A DNA stretch of 64,000 bases from Bacteroidales bacterium (GTDB taxonomy: Bacteria; Bacteroidota; Bacteroidia; Bacteroidales; Muribaculaceae): contig JAJBVL010000029.1 in assembly GCA_020859845.1 (NCBI GenBank), positions 2,574 through 66,573 on the forward strand, read 5' to 3'. Made by a program: the position numbers and the translations under genes. Shown piece after piece: positions 24,948-34,076 of this stretch; the stretch's first letter is position 1; each line of letters begins with the position of its first letter. The notes beneath the pieces were generated by a model. It was not told the DNA's origin. It was given only the letters and a program-made list of their open reading frames with translations, and made no database searches.

Positions 24948-26657
24948 ATGACAATGAAAAAGAATCATCTTATGTTTGCCTCGCTGGTAGCCGGCTCGAT
25001 GCTGATGGCTATGACTGCCTGCGACAACGATGGCGACACAATATACACCTCGGGGGGCGACGACGTGACCCTTAGCGGCACCACCGACGACATAGTCCTC
25101 GACTACAACCACCTCGATGCCCTAGCCCTCACTCTCTACTGGACCGACAATGGAGAGCTGACGCTAAGCGATCCTCGTGTGGCAGCTCCTTCCAATGCTA
25201 TCACTAACACTGTGGAGATGGCCGCCACTTCTACATTCGATGCTGTGGTGGAGACCACAGTCAGCAAGGGCGTCAACTATGTGCAGTACACCGTAAGCCA
25301 GCTCAACAATCTCCTGGGTCGCATAGGCTTTGAGGGCGGTGTGAAAGCTCCTTTATATATACGCATCAAGAGCGTGCTGGGCAACAATCTTGATCCTACG
25401 TATAGCAACGTGATGACTCTCAACGTAACTCCCTACGTCATCGACATGACGGTGGGCTACTACCTCGATAGCAACAAGGGCGAGACCTCCAAGACCCTCT
25501 ACTCGGCCAATAGCGATGGCATCTATGAAGGCTTTATCGGCGCTGGCGCCTGGGAGAACTGGTATCTCCAGGAGGGCAACGGTGTGCTTTGGGGCAACGA
25601 GAATGTTGACTGGTATGCCTTTAAACTCGGTAGCGACGACACTGCTGGCAACATGTGGTATCCCGGCATCTCGGGCTGCTATTACACCATCGTCAACACT
25701 CAGGAGGCTCTCTGGTCATCTCTGCTCATCAACTCACTGACCCTAAGCGGTGACCTTCAGGGCGATATGACCTACGATCGCAAGTCTAACAAGTGGCAAT
25801 TCACCTTCGATGCAACTCCCGGCACCTACACTGTGACCATCAACGGCTCTGCGGCCCTCTATGATGTCAATACAGGCACCACCGATGCTAACGCCATAGC
25901 TCAGACTGTAGGCTTCGGAGGCACGGCTGATGCTCTGACCTTTGGCGAAACGGGCTCGGCTGTCAGCGTCAACGTAGGCAGCAGCGGCGAATCATGCCTG
26001 ACTCTCGACCTCAGCAATCCTCGCCAGTGGACTCTCTCGGCCGATGCTGGAGGCGCAGAGGCTCCTGTAGAAGTGGCCCACTATCTCTACGTGACCGGTA
26101 TTGACGATGGCATCACTGGCTCGTGGGGCTACTCCAACTATCTCATCGTCTGCAACGAGGATGCCCTCCTTTATGGTGGTGCTATCAACGTCAACTCCCT
26201 CTGGGGCTACGTCTACATGAACGAAGCCTTCTGGGGCGATGGCTATGGCTATGAGAGCGGCGATGCAATGTCGGGCACTATCAACACCGACACGTCGAGC
26301 AACATCCCTGCTCCCGAGGCGGGTGAATACGTCTTCCAAGTGTCGCTCAACGATCTTACCTACAAGTTGTTTGCCATCGAGAGCGTGGGCTATGCAGGCC
26401 TCAACGACGACTGGACCATCCGCGAGATGACGCGTATAGAACCTTGCGTCTACGAAGCTGAGGTGGAGAAGACCGCCGACACTCCTTGGGGCGTGAAGAT
26501 CATCATCAATGAAGACTGGGATATCTACCTCGGTGGTGGCTCAGGCGAATTGCTCCTCTACAATGATGGCTTCGATGGCGACAACGACCTCCCGAATGGC
26601 TCTTATACTCTCACGGTCGACCTTAACAAGGGCACCTATACCTATACAGCTCGTTAA
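24948..26657 (+). CDS. SusE/SusF-like surface glycan-binding lipoprotein.
   Basis: The 569-aa ORF has a lipoprotein signal (AMTAC). It sits immediately after susD and has repeated beta-sandwich-like modules. Confidence 0.6.
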   Translation: MTMKKNHLMFASLVAGSMLMAMTACDNDGDTIYTSGGDDVTLSGTTDDIVLDYNHLDALALTLYWTDNGELTLSDPRVAAPSNAITNTVEMAATSTFDAVVETTVSKGVNYVQYTVSQLNNLLGRIGFEGGVKAPLYIRIKSVLGNNLDPTYSNVMTLNVTPYVIDMTVGYYLDSNKGETSKTLYSANSDGIYEGFIGAGAWENWYLQEGNGVLWGNENVDWYAFKLGSDDTAGNMWYPGISGCYYTIVNTQEALWSSLLINSLTLSGDLQGDMTYDRKSNKWQFTFDATPGTYTVTINGSAALYDVNTGTTDANAIAQTVGFGGTADALTFGETGSAVSVNVGSSGESCLTLDLSNPRQWTLSADAGGAEAPVEVAHYLYVTGIDDGITGSWGYSNYLIVCNEDALLYGGAINVNSLWGYVYMNEAFWGDGYGYESGDAMSGTINTDTSSNIPAPEAGEYVFQVSLNDLTYKLFAIESVGYAGLNDDWTIREMTRIEPCVYEAEVEKTADTPWGVKIIINEDWDIYLGGGSGELLLYNDGFDGDNDLPNGSYTLTVDLNKGTYTYTAR

Positions 26658-26683
26658 CCCTTTTTCACTCTTTCACTTAGATT

Positions 26684-27730
26684 ATGAAACTCAGCAATAT
26701 ATTGACTACAGCAGCTCTGCTCAGCGCTTCGGCGCTGGGCACCGCCTGCCACGAAGATAGCCCCATCACCAATCCTCCTGTAGAGAAGACTACCGTAGAG
26801 ATAGAGCGTGGAGCGTATGCCCGCGGTGCCGACGTCAGTTGGCTCACTCAACTCGAGAACGAAGGGTATACATTCTCCAGTACCGATGGCACCCAGATGG
26901 AATGTATGAAGCTCCTGCGCGACGACTGCGGCGTCAACGCTATCCGTCTGCGTGTGTGGGTTAACCCAGCTGATGGGTGGTGCAATGCCGACGACGTAGT
27001 GCTCAAGGCTCGCCGTGCCAACGCTCTCGGCTTACGCTTGATGATTGACTTCCACATGAGCGACACTTGGGCCGATCCTGGCCAGCAGGCAACTCCTGCG
27101 GCTTGGGCCGATATGGACCTTACAGAACTTACAGCCGCAGTCAAGGCTCACGTCACCGACGTGCTCTCGCGCTTGGAGGTTGAAGGTATTGAGGCCGAAT
27201 GGGTACAGATCGGCAACGAGACGCGCCAAGGCTTCCTCTATCCTCTTGGGAGTATCGACAATCCAGCCAACTTCACCCAATTGGTCAACGCTGGCTATGA
27301 GGCCACTAAGGCCATCTTCCCCGATTGCTCCGTCATAGTGCATATCGACTCAGGCGACAACTGGTATCTCTACGAGACCATCTTTGGAGCGCTGAAGAGC
27401 AATAGTGGCAAGTATGACATGATAGGTCTTTCCATCTATCCCGAGGCTGCCTCGTGGCAGTCGACCATCGACCAGATGATTACCAATGTGAAGAAGGCTA
27501 AGACAGAGTATGGCAAGGAAGTGATGCTCTGTGAGGTGGGTATGGTCTACACCGAGGCCGATGCTTGCGCCTCGATGATTTCCTACCTGATGGCCAACGC
27601 CGACCTTGAGGGTATCTTCTATTGGGAGCCTGAGGCCCCAGCCGGCTACAACGGTGGCTACAACAAAGGCTGCTTTGACAACGGCACTCCCACCGCCGCC
27701 CTCTCCCCCTTCACCACCTCATCTAATTGA
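26684..27730 (+). CDS. GH53 endo-beta-1,4-galactanase (arabinogalactan endo-1,4-beta-galactosidase).
   Basis: GADVSWLTQLENEG, GVNAIRLRVWVNP, DFHMSDTWADPGQQ and VQIGNE match GH53 hallmarks. It has a lipoprotein signal. Confidence 0.85.
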   Translation: MKLSNILTTAALLSASALGTACHEDSPITNPPVEKTTVEIERGAYARGADVSWLTQLENEGYTFSSTDGTQMECMKLLRDDCGVNAIRLRVWVNPADGWCNADDVVLKARRANALGLRLMIDFHMSDTWADPGQQATPAAWADMDLTELTAAVKAHVTDVLSRLEVEGIEAEWVQIGNETRQGFLYPLGSIDNPANFTQLVNAGYEATKAIFPDCSVIVHIDSGDNWYLYETIFGALKSNSGKYDMIGLSIYPEAASWQSTIDQMITNVKKAKTEYGKEVMLCEVGMVYTEADACASMISYLMANADLEGIFYWEPEAPAGYNGGYNKGCFDNGTPTAALSPFTTSSN

Positions 27731-27750
27731 AACAACTCCTACGGGGTTGG
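27718..27750 (+). repeat. Dispersed hairpin element, copy B, overlapping the GH53 stop codon.
   Basis: The sequence is CTCATCTAATTGAAACAACTCCTACGGGGTTGG. Confidence 0.8.
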
Positions 27751-27766
27751 GAAAAAGGGCCTTCCT

Positions 27767-27798
27767 CTCATCTAATTGAAACAACCCCTATGGGGTTG
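27767..27798 (+). repeat. Dispersed hairpin element, copy C, 49 nt after copy B.
   Basis: The sequence is CTCATCTAATTGAAACAACCCCTATGGGGTTG. CAACCCC/GGGGTTG forms a perfect 7-bp stem. Confidence 0.8.
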
Positions 27799-27844
27799 CA
27801 AATCGGTGAACCACGTAGTGGTTCTTCCAAATAGCAAAGGACGC

Positions 27845-27878
27845 AAAAAACTAATAGCCGCCAAATGGCGGCTATTAG
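27845..27878 (-). terminator. Rho-independent terminator of the 27905-31567 gene.
   Basis: CTAATAGCCGCC-AAAT-GGCGGCTATTAG is a 12-bp perfect stem followed by TTTTTT on the minus strand. Confidence 0.8.
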
Positions 27879-27904
27879 CATTTATGACATAGTCAGGTAT
27901 GGGA

Positions 27905-30900
27905 TTAGGGGATGAGGACCTTGGCGGACGATTGGCCGGCGACGATGAGGTAGGTGCCGGAGGTCAGGGAGATGGCCTGGGAGGCCTGTGGCTGAGCCAC
28001 GAAGGCTATCAGGCGTCCTGCAAGGTCGTAGACGTAGATGGGACCCGAGGCACCGTTGATGGTCACGCCATTTCCTGCGAGAGCCACGTCAAGGCTCTCA
28101 GAGCCGTCGGCTGTCACGGTGTCGATGCCGGCTGTCACGCTCAGCATAGGGGTGTAGAGATAGAGGCTGGAGAATACCGAGTTGTGGAGCACACCTACGA
28201 TGCCGGTGAAGTCGCCGTGGAAGTAGGTGACGCCATTCTCAAGCGTATATTCGTCGTTGACGTAAAGCTCTTCGCCTTCCAGCTCGCCTTCATCGTTAAG
28301 CTCGGGATAGTCGATAAACCAGCGATACTCCGTTGCTGTGCCATTGACCTCGGCTTGCGAACTCAAGTCAACCACTCCATCAACAGCCTTGCACTCAAGC
28401 ACTGCCTGGTTGGCGTAAGAGTAGATAGACCACTGCGACTGTGGCAGAGGCAGGGTGGCCAGAGTGAAGTCGTTGTCGTTGAGCGTCAGCGCAAGCAGTT
28501 TCTCCTGGCTCGACAAGTCGATGGTCTTGAAGCAGTTGTGGTCGAGGGCCAGCTGCTGAAGGTTGGTGACGGTGCCAAAGTCAATCTCCGTCAGGTTGTT
28601 GTCCGATGCATAGGCTGCCCACAAGCGTGGATTGTCGCAGAGGTCGAGTTTCGACAGGTAGTTGGTCGACACGCTCAGATTCTGCAGCATTGTGTTCTTC
28701 GACAGGTCGATAGAATGGAGCTGATTGTCGGCAAGGCTTACGAAGGCCACGTCGGGATAGGCTGAGAGGTCGATGTCGGTCAGGGCGTTGCCTTCGAGGA
28801 AGAGCTCGGTGAGCGGAGCGTCGGGGAGTCCTATCTCGCTCAGACCTGCACCACACAGCGAGAAGCAGATGAGCTGGTTGAGGCCCTGAGCTTCAAACGA
28901 AGAGAGCGTGGCCCCGCGCATACTGAACACCGACATATTGTCCTGCTCGTCGTAGCTATACACCTTCACCTCAGCGCCAGCCTTGGTGGTGGCGGTAAAG
29001 AGAGTGTAGACCGTGGCCAGAGGATACTGCTCGAGGCCAGTGCCATCCCCATTCCAGTCGATGTAGACAGCGTTGTTGGTGGTGTGGCTGGCGAGCGAGA
29101 GGGTCACCTCTTCGCCATCCTCTGTGGTTACGAATGTAGCCAGCACATTGGTAGGCATCGGGGCGGCCTCGATGTTGGTGGTGCGGAGCACGTTGTCGCC
29201 GCTGAAAGCAGGCAGCGAAGCGTTGGTGATGGCGCAGTAAATCTCGCCCACCTCGGTGTTGATGAAGCGCATCTTGCCATCCTCGTTGGTGTAGTCAACG
29301 TCGGCTTCCAACTTCACACCGTCGACAGTATACCATTTAAACTCGGTAGGCTCGCCATCAATCTCTACATTCTGAGCCGAGAGGTCGATGCCAGGGCCCT
29401 TGGAGGGGATGCTTATCATGGCCTGAGGAGCATAGATGAAGTTTGACTCCGCGATGCCATGGCGAGCCGGGAGAGTGGCCATCGTAAACTGGTTGTCGTT
29501 GACGATGAGAGTCTCCATGACGAAGGTTTCAGGCTCGGTGTAGTTTGTCAGCTGATTGTGGCTGGCGTCGAGTGTCAACAGGGCGCTGCAGTAGTTGATC
29601 TTTAGTTCCTCCAACTCGTTGTAGCTGACGTTGAGGTAGTAGAGACGCTCAGCGTCGGTGAAGTCGAGCGATGTGATGGCATTGTGACTCACGTCGAGAT
29701 ATTCGATGCCTTCCACGGAGGGGAGGGTAAGGTCGTAGATAGCATTGTTGGAGAGGTCGATGTGGCTCAGCACGTTCTTGCCATAGTTGGTGTTGTTGCC
29801 TTCGAGCGAGAGGATGTAGAAGTTATTGCCTGAGAGGTCGAGTGTCTGCAGGCAGCGGTTCCATTGGAGGTCGATGGTGTAAAGACCAGCATCCGATATC
29901 TGGAGCTCGCGCAGGCAGGGCATTGCCGTCACGTCGATGCTATACAGACCGATACCGTCCATCTTGAGGGCGGTCACGCGCTGCCCTTCGGGCACGTAGA
30001 GCTTCACCATCCCATAGGAGGCTTGAGTGCCAACGGCGTTGGGCTCCTCGGGGGTAGTGATAGTGGTGGCGTAGAACGTAGTTAGACTGCCGTTGCCATA
30101 GTCAACATAGAAGGGTACAGGCTCAGCCTCGCTGGCGCCATCGATACCGATGTAGAAGCCAAATTCTGTGCCTGGATCCACGGCTGGCTGGAACGAGAGC
30201 TTGATGTCGTTCTGACCATACTCGCTCTTGTTCTTCACTTTGAATTTGGGAGTATCCAGTTCATACTCCGTAAACATCGAGTTGGCAAACGCCACGTACA
30301 CGCTATCCGAGATGGCCTCATTGATGGTGATGCATCCGTCGGCATAGGTGTAGTAGGAGGCATCTACCTCGGTAGCGGTGTTGGGGTCGCTCTCCGAGAT
30401 GGAGAAGAGGGCAGCATAGGTCTCGGTGTCGGGGCGCAGTACGCTCTGGCTGAAGTCGAGTGTAGTGCCCAAGAGGTAGGATGTGCTCATAGGCAGAGGG
30501 CGCTGGTTGTAGACGTACTCATTCCACGTGCCAGGATCCTCGGGGAGGGTGGCAAAGGTGAAGTAGTTGTTGTCCAAGCGAACGCTCGTCAGGTTGGGGC
30601 AGTTGGAGAGGTCAAGCACTGTCAGGTAGTTTTGCTGCAGCCAGATGTGGTCGAGCTTGGTGTTGGCGGTCACGTCGAGCTCCGTCAAGGCATTGCCTGC
30701 CGCAAAGAGGTAGATGAGGTTGGGGCAGTTGGAGAGGTCGAGCGAGCTAATCTTTACCCCCGCATTGTAGACACCAGAAGTGTGAGTGCAATAAAACTCC
30801 TCCAGCTTTGACGACTTCGAGAGGTCAATCTCTGAGATGCCTGTATCGGAAATGTTGAGGATAAGGAGGTTGGGGTTGTTGGTGACGTCGAGCGTCTTCA

Positions 30901-31567
30901 CGTTGGTGCAGTCAATCGACAGTTTTGTGAGGTAAGGACAGCCCGAGGGGTCTATCTGGGTAAGGGTGGGGCAGCTCATGGCGTCAAACACCATCAGACC
31001 AGGGTAGTCACTGAGATTGAAGCTCGGGTCGAGATTCTCCACGATGCTGAGGTCGAGCAGGGTTAGCTCGGGCTTGTTAGGGCCTACAATAAGAGGCTTG
31101 GTGGAGAAGGCATTATCGTTGAGGTAAAGCACACGAAGCCCCGTGCATGCCGAGAGGTCGAGCGCCTCCAGCTCGTTGTGGCTAAGGCTGAGGGTTTCCA
31201 ACGATGTAGGGTCGTTAAACTCTATTGAGGTGATGTAGCAGCCATCGGCATTAAAGTAGTCGATTGAGCCAGGGTCGCCGTAGATGTTGACGATGCCGGC
31301 ACTCGACACCTGGCATGACACAATCGTGCCAGTGACGGCCTCTTGGTCGCTGTCGTAGATGGCTGGCTCGATTTCCACCTCCATGGGGCCAAAGCCACAG
31401 TCGATGTCGAGATAGCCGCCATTGTTGCCGCCTATCACGAGCGAGAAAGTGTTGGTGGCACCGTCTGTTTCATAAATTGAGGTGTGGAATGTGATGAGAG
31501 GAGTCTCCTCGGCCATGGCTGAGACGGCGAGGAGGTTCGAGAGCATAAAGATGTTGCGTAGGTTCAT
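27905..31567 (-). CDS. Giant leucine-rich-repeat T9SS-sorted surface protein.
   Basis: The 1220-aa ORF has a signal peptide and dozens of LxxLxLxxNxL repeats (LSHNELEALDLS, LYLNDNAFS). The C-terminal tail is IYVYDLAGRLIAFV...TYLIVAGQSSAKVLIP. Confidence 0.8.
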   Translation of the reverse strand: MNLRNIFMLSNLLAVSAMAEETPLITFHTSIYETDGATNTFSLVIGGNNGGYLDIDCGFGPMEVEIEPAIYDSDQEAVTGTIVSCQVSSAGIVNIYGDPGSIDYFNADGCYITSIEFNDPTSLETLSLSHNELEALDLSACTGLRVLYLNDNAFSTKPLIVGPNKPELTLLDLSIVENLDPSFNLSDYPGLMVFDAMSCPTLTQIDPSGCPYLTKLSIDCTNVKTLDVTNNPNLLILNISDTGISEIDLSKSSKLEEFYCTHTSGVYNAGVKISSLDLSNCPNLIYLFAAGNALTELDVTANTKLDHIWLQQNYLTVLDLSNCPNLTSVRLDNNYFTFATLPEDPGTWNEYVYNQRPLPMSTSYLLGTTLDFSQSVLRPDTETYAALFSISESDPNTATEVDASYYTYADGCITINEAISDSVYVAFANSMFTEYELDTPKFKVKNKSEYGQNDIKLSFQPAVDPGTEFGFYIGIDGASEAEPVPFYVDYGNGSLTTFYATTITTPEEPNAVGTQASYGMVKLYVPEGQRVTALKMDGIGLYSIDVTAMPCLRELQISDAGLYTIDLQWNRCLQTLDLSGNNFYILSLEGNNTNYGKNVLSHIDLSNNAIYDLTLPSVEGIEYLDVSHNAITSLDFTDAERLYYLNVSYNELEELKINYCSALLTLDASHNQLTNYTEPETFVMETLIVNDNQFTMATLPARHGIAESNFIYAPQAMISIPSKGPGIDLSAQNVEIDGEPTEFKWYTVDGVKLEADVDYTNEDGKMRFINTEVGEIYCAITNASLPAFSGDNVLRTTNIEAAPMPTNVLATFVTTEDGEEVTLSLASHTTNNAVYIDWNGDGTGLEQYPLATVYTLFTATTKAGAEVKVYSYDEQDNMSVFSMRGATLSSFEAQGLNQLICFSLCGAGLSEIGLPDAPLTELFLEGNALTDIDLSAYPDVAFVSLADNQLHSIDLSKNTMLQNLSVSTNYLSKLDLCDNPRLWAAYASDNNLTEIDFGTVTNLQQLALDHNCFKTIDLSSQEKLLALTLNDNDFTLATLPLPQSQWSIYSYANQAVLECKAVDGVVDLSSQAEVNGTATEYRWFIDYPELNDEGELEGEELYVNDEYTLENGVTYFHGDFTGIVGVLHNSVFSSLYLYTPMLSVTAGIDTVTADGSESLDVALAGNGVTINGASGPIYVYDLAGRLIAFVAQPQASQAISLTSGTYLIVAGQSSAKVLIP

Positions 31568-31569
31568 AT

Positions 31570-33909
31570 CTATGGTAATAGAAGTTTCTGGGAATGGGTG
31601 TTGTTAACGCGCAGTATGTACACGCCCTTGGCGAGGCGGTTGAGGTCGAGCGTCAGCTCATCGCCTGGGGTAGAGGCGCGAGCCACGAGATGGCCCGTGG
31701 TGTCGTACACCTCGCAGCGCACGCTCTCGGCGCCAGGAAGGGAGGCCAGGAAGGAGCGGCCACCGAGGCTGCGCACCATCAGCGGCGACTTGCTGTCGGC
31801 GCCTACGGTCGAGATGCCTGCCAAGCGGATAGCCTCCACAAGGCCTGCGTAGGCATCAAAGCGTCCATTGCCCACCTGCACAGGGTCGGCAGCTTTCTCC
31901 ATCAGCGCGTCCCACTGGGATGTCTTGGATATGATGTCTAATACATCGTCGACTGTCAGCGCCGGGTTAGCTTCAAGCCAGAGGGCGATAGAGCCAGCCA
32001 CGACGGGGGTGGCCATCGATGTGCCAAAGTCGCGGAAGTAATAGTTGTCGCGGCCATAAGCCGTGGCTACTGCCGAGTAGAGATCGTCGGCATAGGCATC
32101 ATAGCCCGAGTCGTAGACGGCTGAGAGGTAAGGCGAGGAGATTGACGATACTACGCCAGCGCCAGGGGCAAGCACGTGAGGCAGGTTGCGGCCGTCGGCC
32201 AAGGTGCCATACGAAGAGAAGTAGGTCACTTCGCCTACCGGGAAACTGTAGCCTTCCATCGTGCCGATGGTGCCATCGAGCAGAGGCCACGTCTCGCGGC
32301 TGTTGTAGGAGCCTACCACCACCACCTTGCGCGAGGAGGCAAGGTCGCTGATGGTGCCATTGTAGGAGCCATCGTCCCAGCCTTCTTGGTCGTAGTCGCT
32401 AAACTCCATATAGTAGCTGTCGCCATAAGCATCGACGCGCTGGCCCGCAGGACCAGTGACGGTGAAGCCGAGGATATAGTTGCCATCGGCGTTGTTCTCA
32501 GCGTTGTCGATGGTGTAGCAGTCGATCATCGCATAGTAGCGACCGGTGTCCTCGTCAATCATGGAGCCAAAGCCCACATAACCCTCGAAATACTTGGCCA
32601 ACTGGCTGTCAATGATGTCGTCGCTGCTCTCAGCGTAGGAGCTTGAGCTGACATAGTAGACACCTTCGCCATCGAGGTTCACGTCGATACCTTTGCTCCA
32701 AGCGATACGGCCACGCTGCTTATTGTAGATCACCACAGAGAGGGTAAATACTGTGGAGTCGTTGGAGTAGATTTCGACGCTGCCAGCGCGCAGGTTGCCA
32801 TTCTCTGGACCTGGATACACCATTGGGTAGAGGAATGTCTTCAGGGCATTGTCCTCCTCGGTGAAGGTCTTGTTGATGGCTATCTTCATATCGCCCTCGT
32901 TGCCAGCGGCGATGCAGAAGATGGCGTTGTCCTGCTCGGCGCAAGCCTCAAGGAATTGACCCATCAGATTGTTGCCGTCGTGGGGGCCTTGACTGGAGCC
33001 CAGCGAGAGATTGATGACGCAAGGGGAGTCCATATAGTAGGCATAGTTGAGAATGTTGTCAATGCCGTAGGCTATCAGGGCATCGTAGCTGGCGCCGGCT
33101 CCTACTGCCAAGTCGGCATCATAGGCCACGCCATAGTATGGTATGTCGCAGGTGCTTACCAATGCACCCGTATTGTCGTCGTTTTCAAGAGCCACACGGC
33201 CTTCGCCGCGATAGCTGCCGGCCATAGTGCCGAGGGTGTGCGTGCCATGGTAGGTGGTGTTGTCGTCGGTGGAGAAGTTCTCTATCGTCGAGGGGTCATA
33301 GTATTTAAGGTTGATAGAGCCACTTGATGTGATAGTGGCGCGGCAGAGTGTGGAGATGCGGGAAGATCCATCGGCGTTGCGGAAGTTGGCATTGTTGGGA
33401 TCGAAGCCCTCGTCAACGATACCAGCCACTACGCCTTTGCCAGTATAGGGCTGAGTGAGACCCGTGCCTTCGTGGATATCGTCGATGCGACTCATGAGGC
33501 GAGCACGGTCCATCTTGGGCTCTATCTTGCGCGAGAGGCTCATGCGGGCCACGGAGCGCGAAGCAGCGATGTCCTCAGCCTTGTCGTTGTCAACAAGGAC
33601 AGCAACGAAGCCATGACGCTCGCTGAGCACCTCTAAGCCTTCCATTGCCGCGATGTCGGCAAGGGTAGCGCCGTCGGCGAGGCGAAGCATAGCGTAGGAG
33701 CGGGAGGGGAGGGAGGTCGACAAACCAGCGGAGCTGGTTTGCACAGTGGCAGGCTGCTGGAGAGGATGGCGTACGGCGGTGGGGATGGTGGCAGAGGAGG
33801 ATTGTTGATGGCGGAGCATCATGCGGTCGCGGAGACTTAGCCCTTGAGCGCTCCCTGTCAGCAGGCTCAGGATGGCGACGGATGCCGCTAATGTTCGGTT
33901 GATAGTCAT
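31570..33909 (-). CDS. S8-family (subtilisin-like) serine peptidase with a T9SS sorting domain.
   Basis: The catalytic triad contexts are GIVDEGFD (Asp), HGTHTLGTMAG (His) and GTSMATPVVAGSIAL (Ser). The C-terminal tail is VYDTTGHLV...GVYILRVNN. A 2-nt gap separates it from the downstream LRR gene. Confidence 0.88.
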   Translation of the reverse strand: MTINRTLAASVAILSLLTGSAQGLSLRDRMMLRHQQSSSATIPTAVRHPLQQPATVQTSSAGLSTSLPSRSYAMLRLADGATLADIAAMEGLEVLSERHGFVAVLVDNDKAEDIAASRSVARMSLSRKIEPKMDRARLMSRIDDIHEGTGLTQPYTGKGVVAGIVDEGFDPNNANFRNADGSSRISTLCRATITSSGSINLKYYDPSTIENFSTDDNTTYHGTHTLGTMAGSYRGEGRVALENDDNTGALVSTCDIPYYGVAYDADLAVGAGASYDALIAYGIDNILNYAYYMDSPCVINLSLGSSQGPHDGNNLMGQFLEACAEQDNAIFCIAAGNEGDMKIAINKTFTEEDNALKTFLYPMVYPGPENGNLRAGSVEIYSNDSTVFTLSVVIYNKQRGRIAWSKGIDVNLDGEGVYYVSSSSYAESSDDIIDSQLAKYFEGYVGFGSMIDEDTGRYYAMIDCYTIDNAENNADGNYILGFTVTGPAGQRVDAYGDSYYMEFSDYDQEGWDDGSYNGTISDLASSRKVVVVGSYNSRETWPLLDGTIGTMEGYSFPVGEVTYFSSYGTLADGRNLPHVLAPGAGVVSSISSPYLSAVYDSGYDAYADDLYSAVATAYGRDNYYFRDFGTSMATPVVAGSIALWLEANPALTVDDVLDIISKTSQWDALMEKAADPVQVGNGRFDAYAGLVEAIRLAGISTVGADSKSPLMVRSLGGRSFLASLPGAESVRCEVYDTTGHLVARASTPGDELTLDLNRLAKGVYILRVNNTHSQKLLLP

Positions 33910-34019
33910 ATTAGGAGGGTGGGTTGTAAAGCAATTTTAAAGCTTTTGTGATGGTGCATAAATGCTTTCTTATTAACGTGAAAAAAAGCCAAATTATTAC
34001 ACCCCTTATAAAACGACTG

Positions 34020-34054
34020 AAGGTGTCGAGCCTACGGTTGAGGCCCGACACCTT
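34020..34054 (-). terminator. Hairpin downstream of the 34077-35840 gene (terminator candidate).
   Basis: AAGGTGTCG...CGACACCTT forms a 9-bp outer stem plus an inner GCCT/AGGC pair. The T-run is weak. Confidence 0.4.
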
Positions 34055-34076
34055 TAGTCGATAAAATCAGGCGGGA

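Noticed and set aside
27718-27798. A possible mini CRISPR array. The repeat contains ATTGAAAC, a motif common at the 3' end of CRISPR repeats, and starts and ends with CAAC/GTTG-like sequence.
   Set aside because: There are only two tandem copies, with a 17-nt gap that is far shorter than a spacer. The first copy overlaps a coding sequence. A third copy is solitary and inverted at 11355. No cas genes are in the window. It behaves like a REP/terminator-type hairpin element.
27899-28765. Long antisense ORFs opposite real genes, for example 27899-28765 (+), 38177-39028 (-), 45141-45764 (-), 47721-48368 (-), 51821-52756 (-), 54181-54861 (-), 56108-56947 (-) and 60815-61576 (+).
   Set aside because: They are shadow ORFs typical of GC-rich coding DNA. 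Their products are Arg/Gly/His-rich low-complexity sequences with no recognisable motifs. Each fully overlaps a gene that has strong family signatures.
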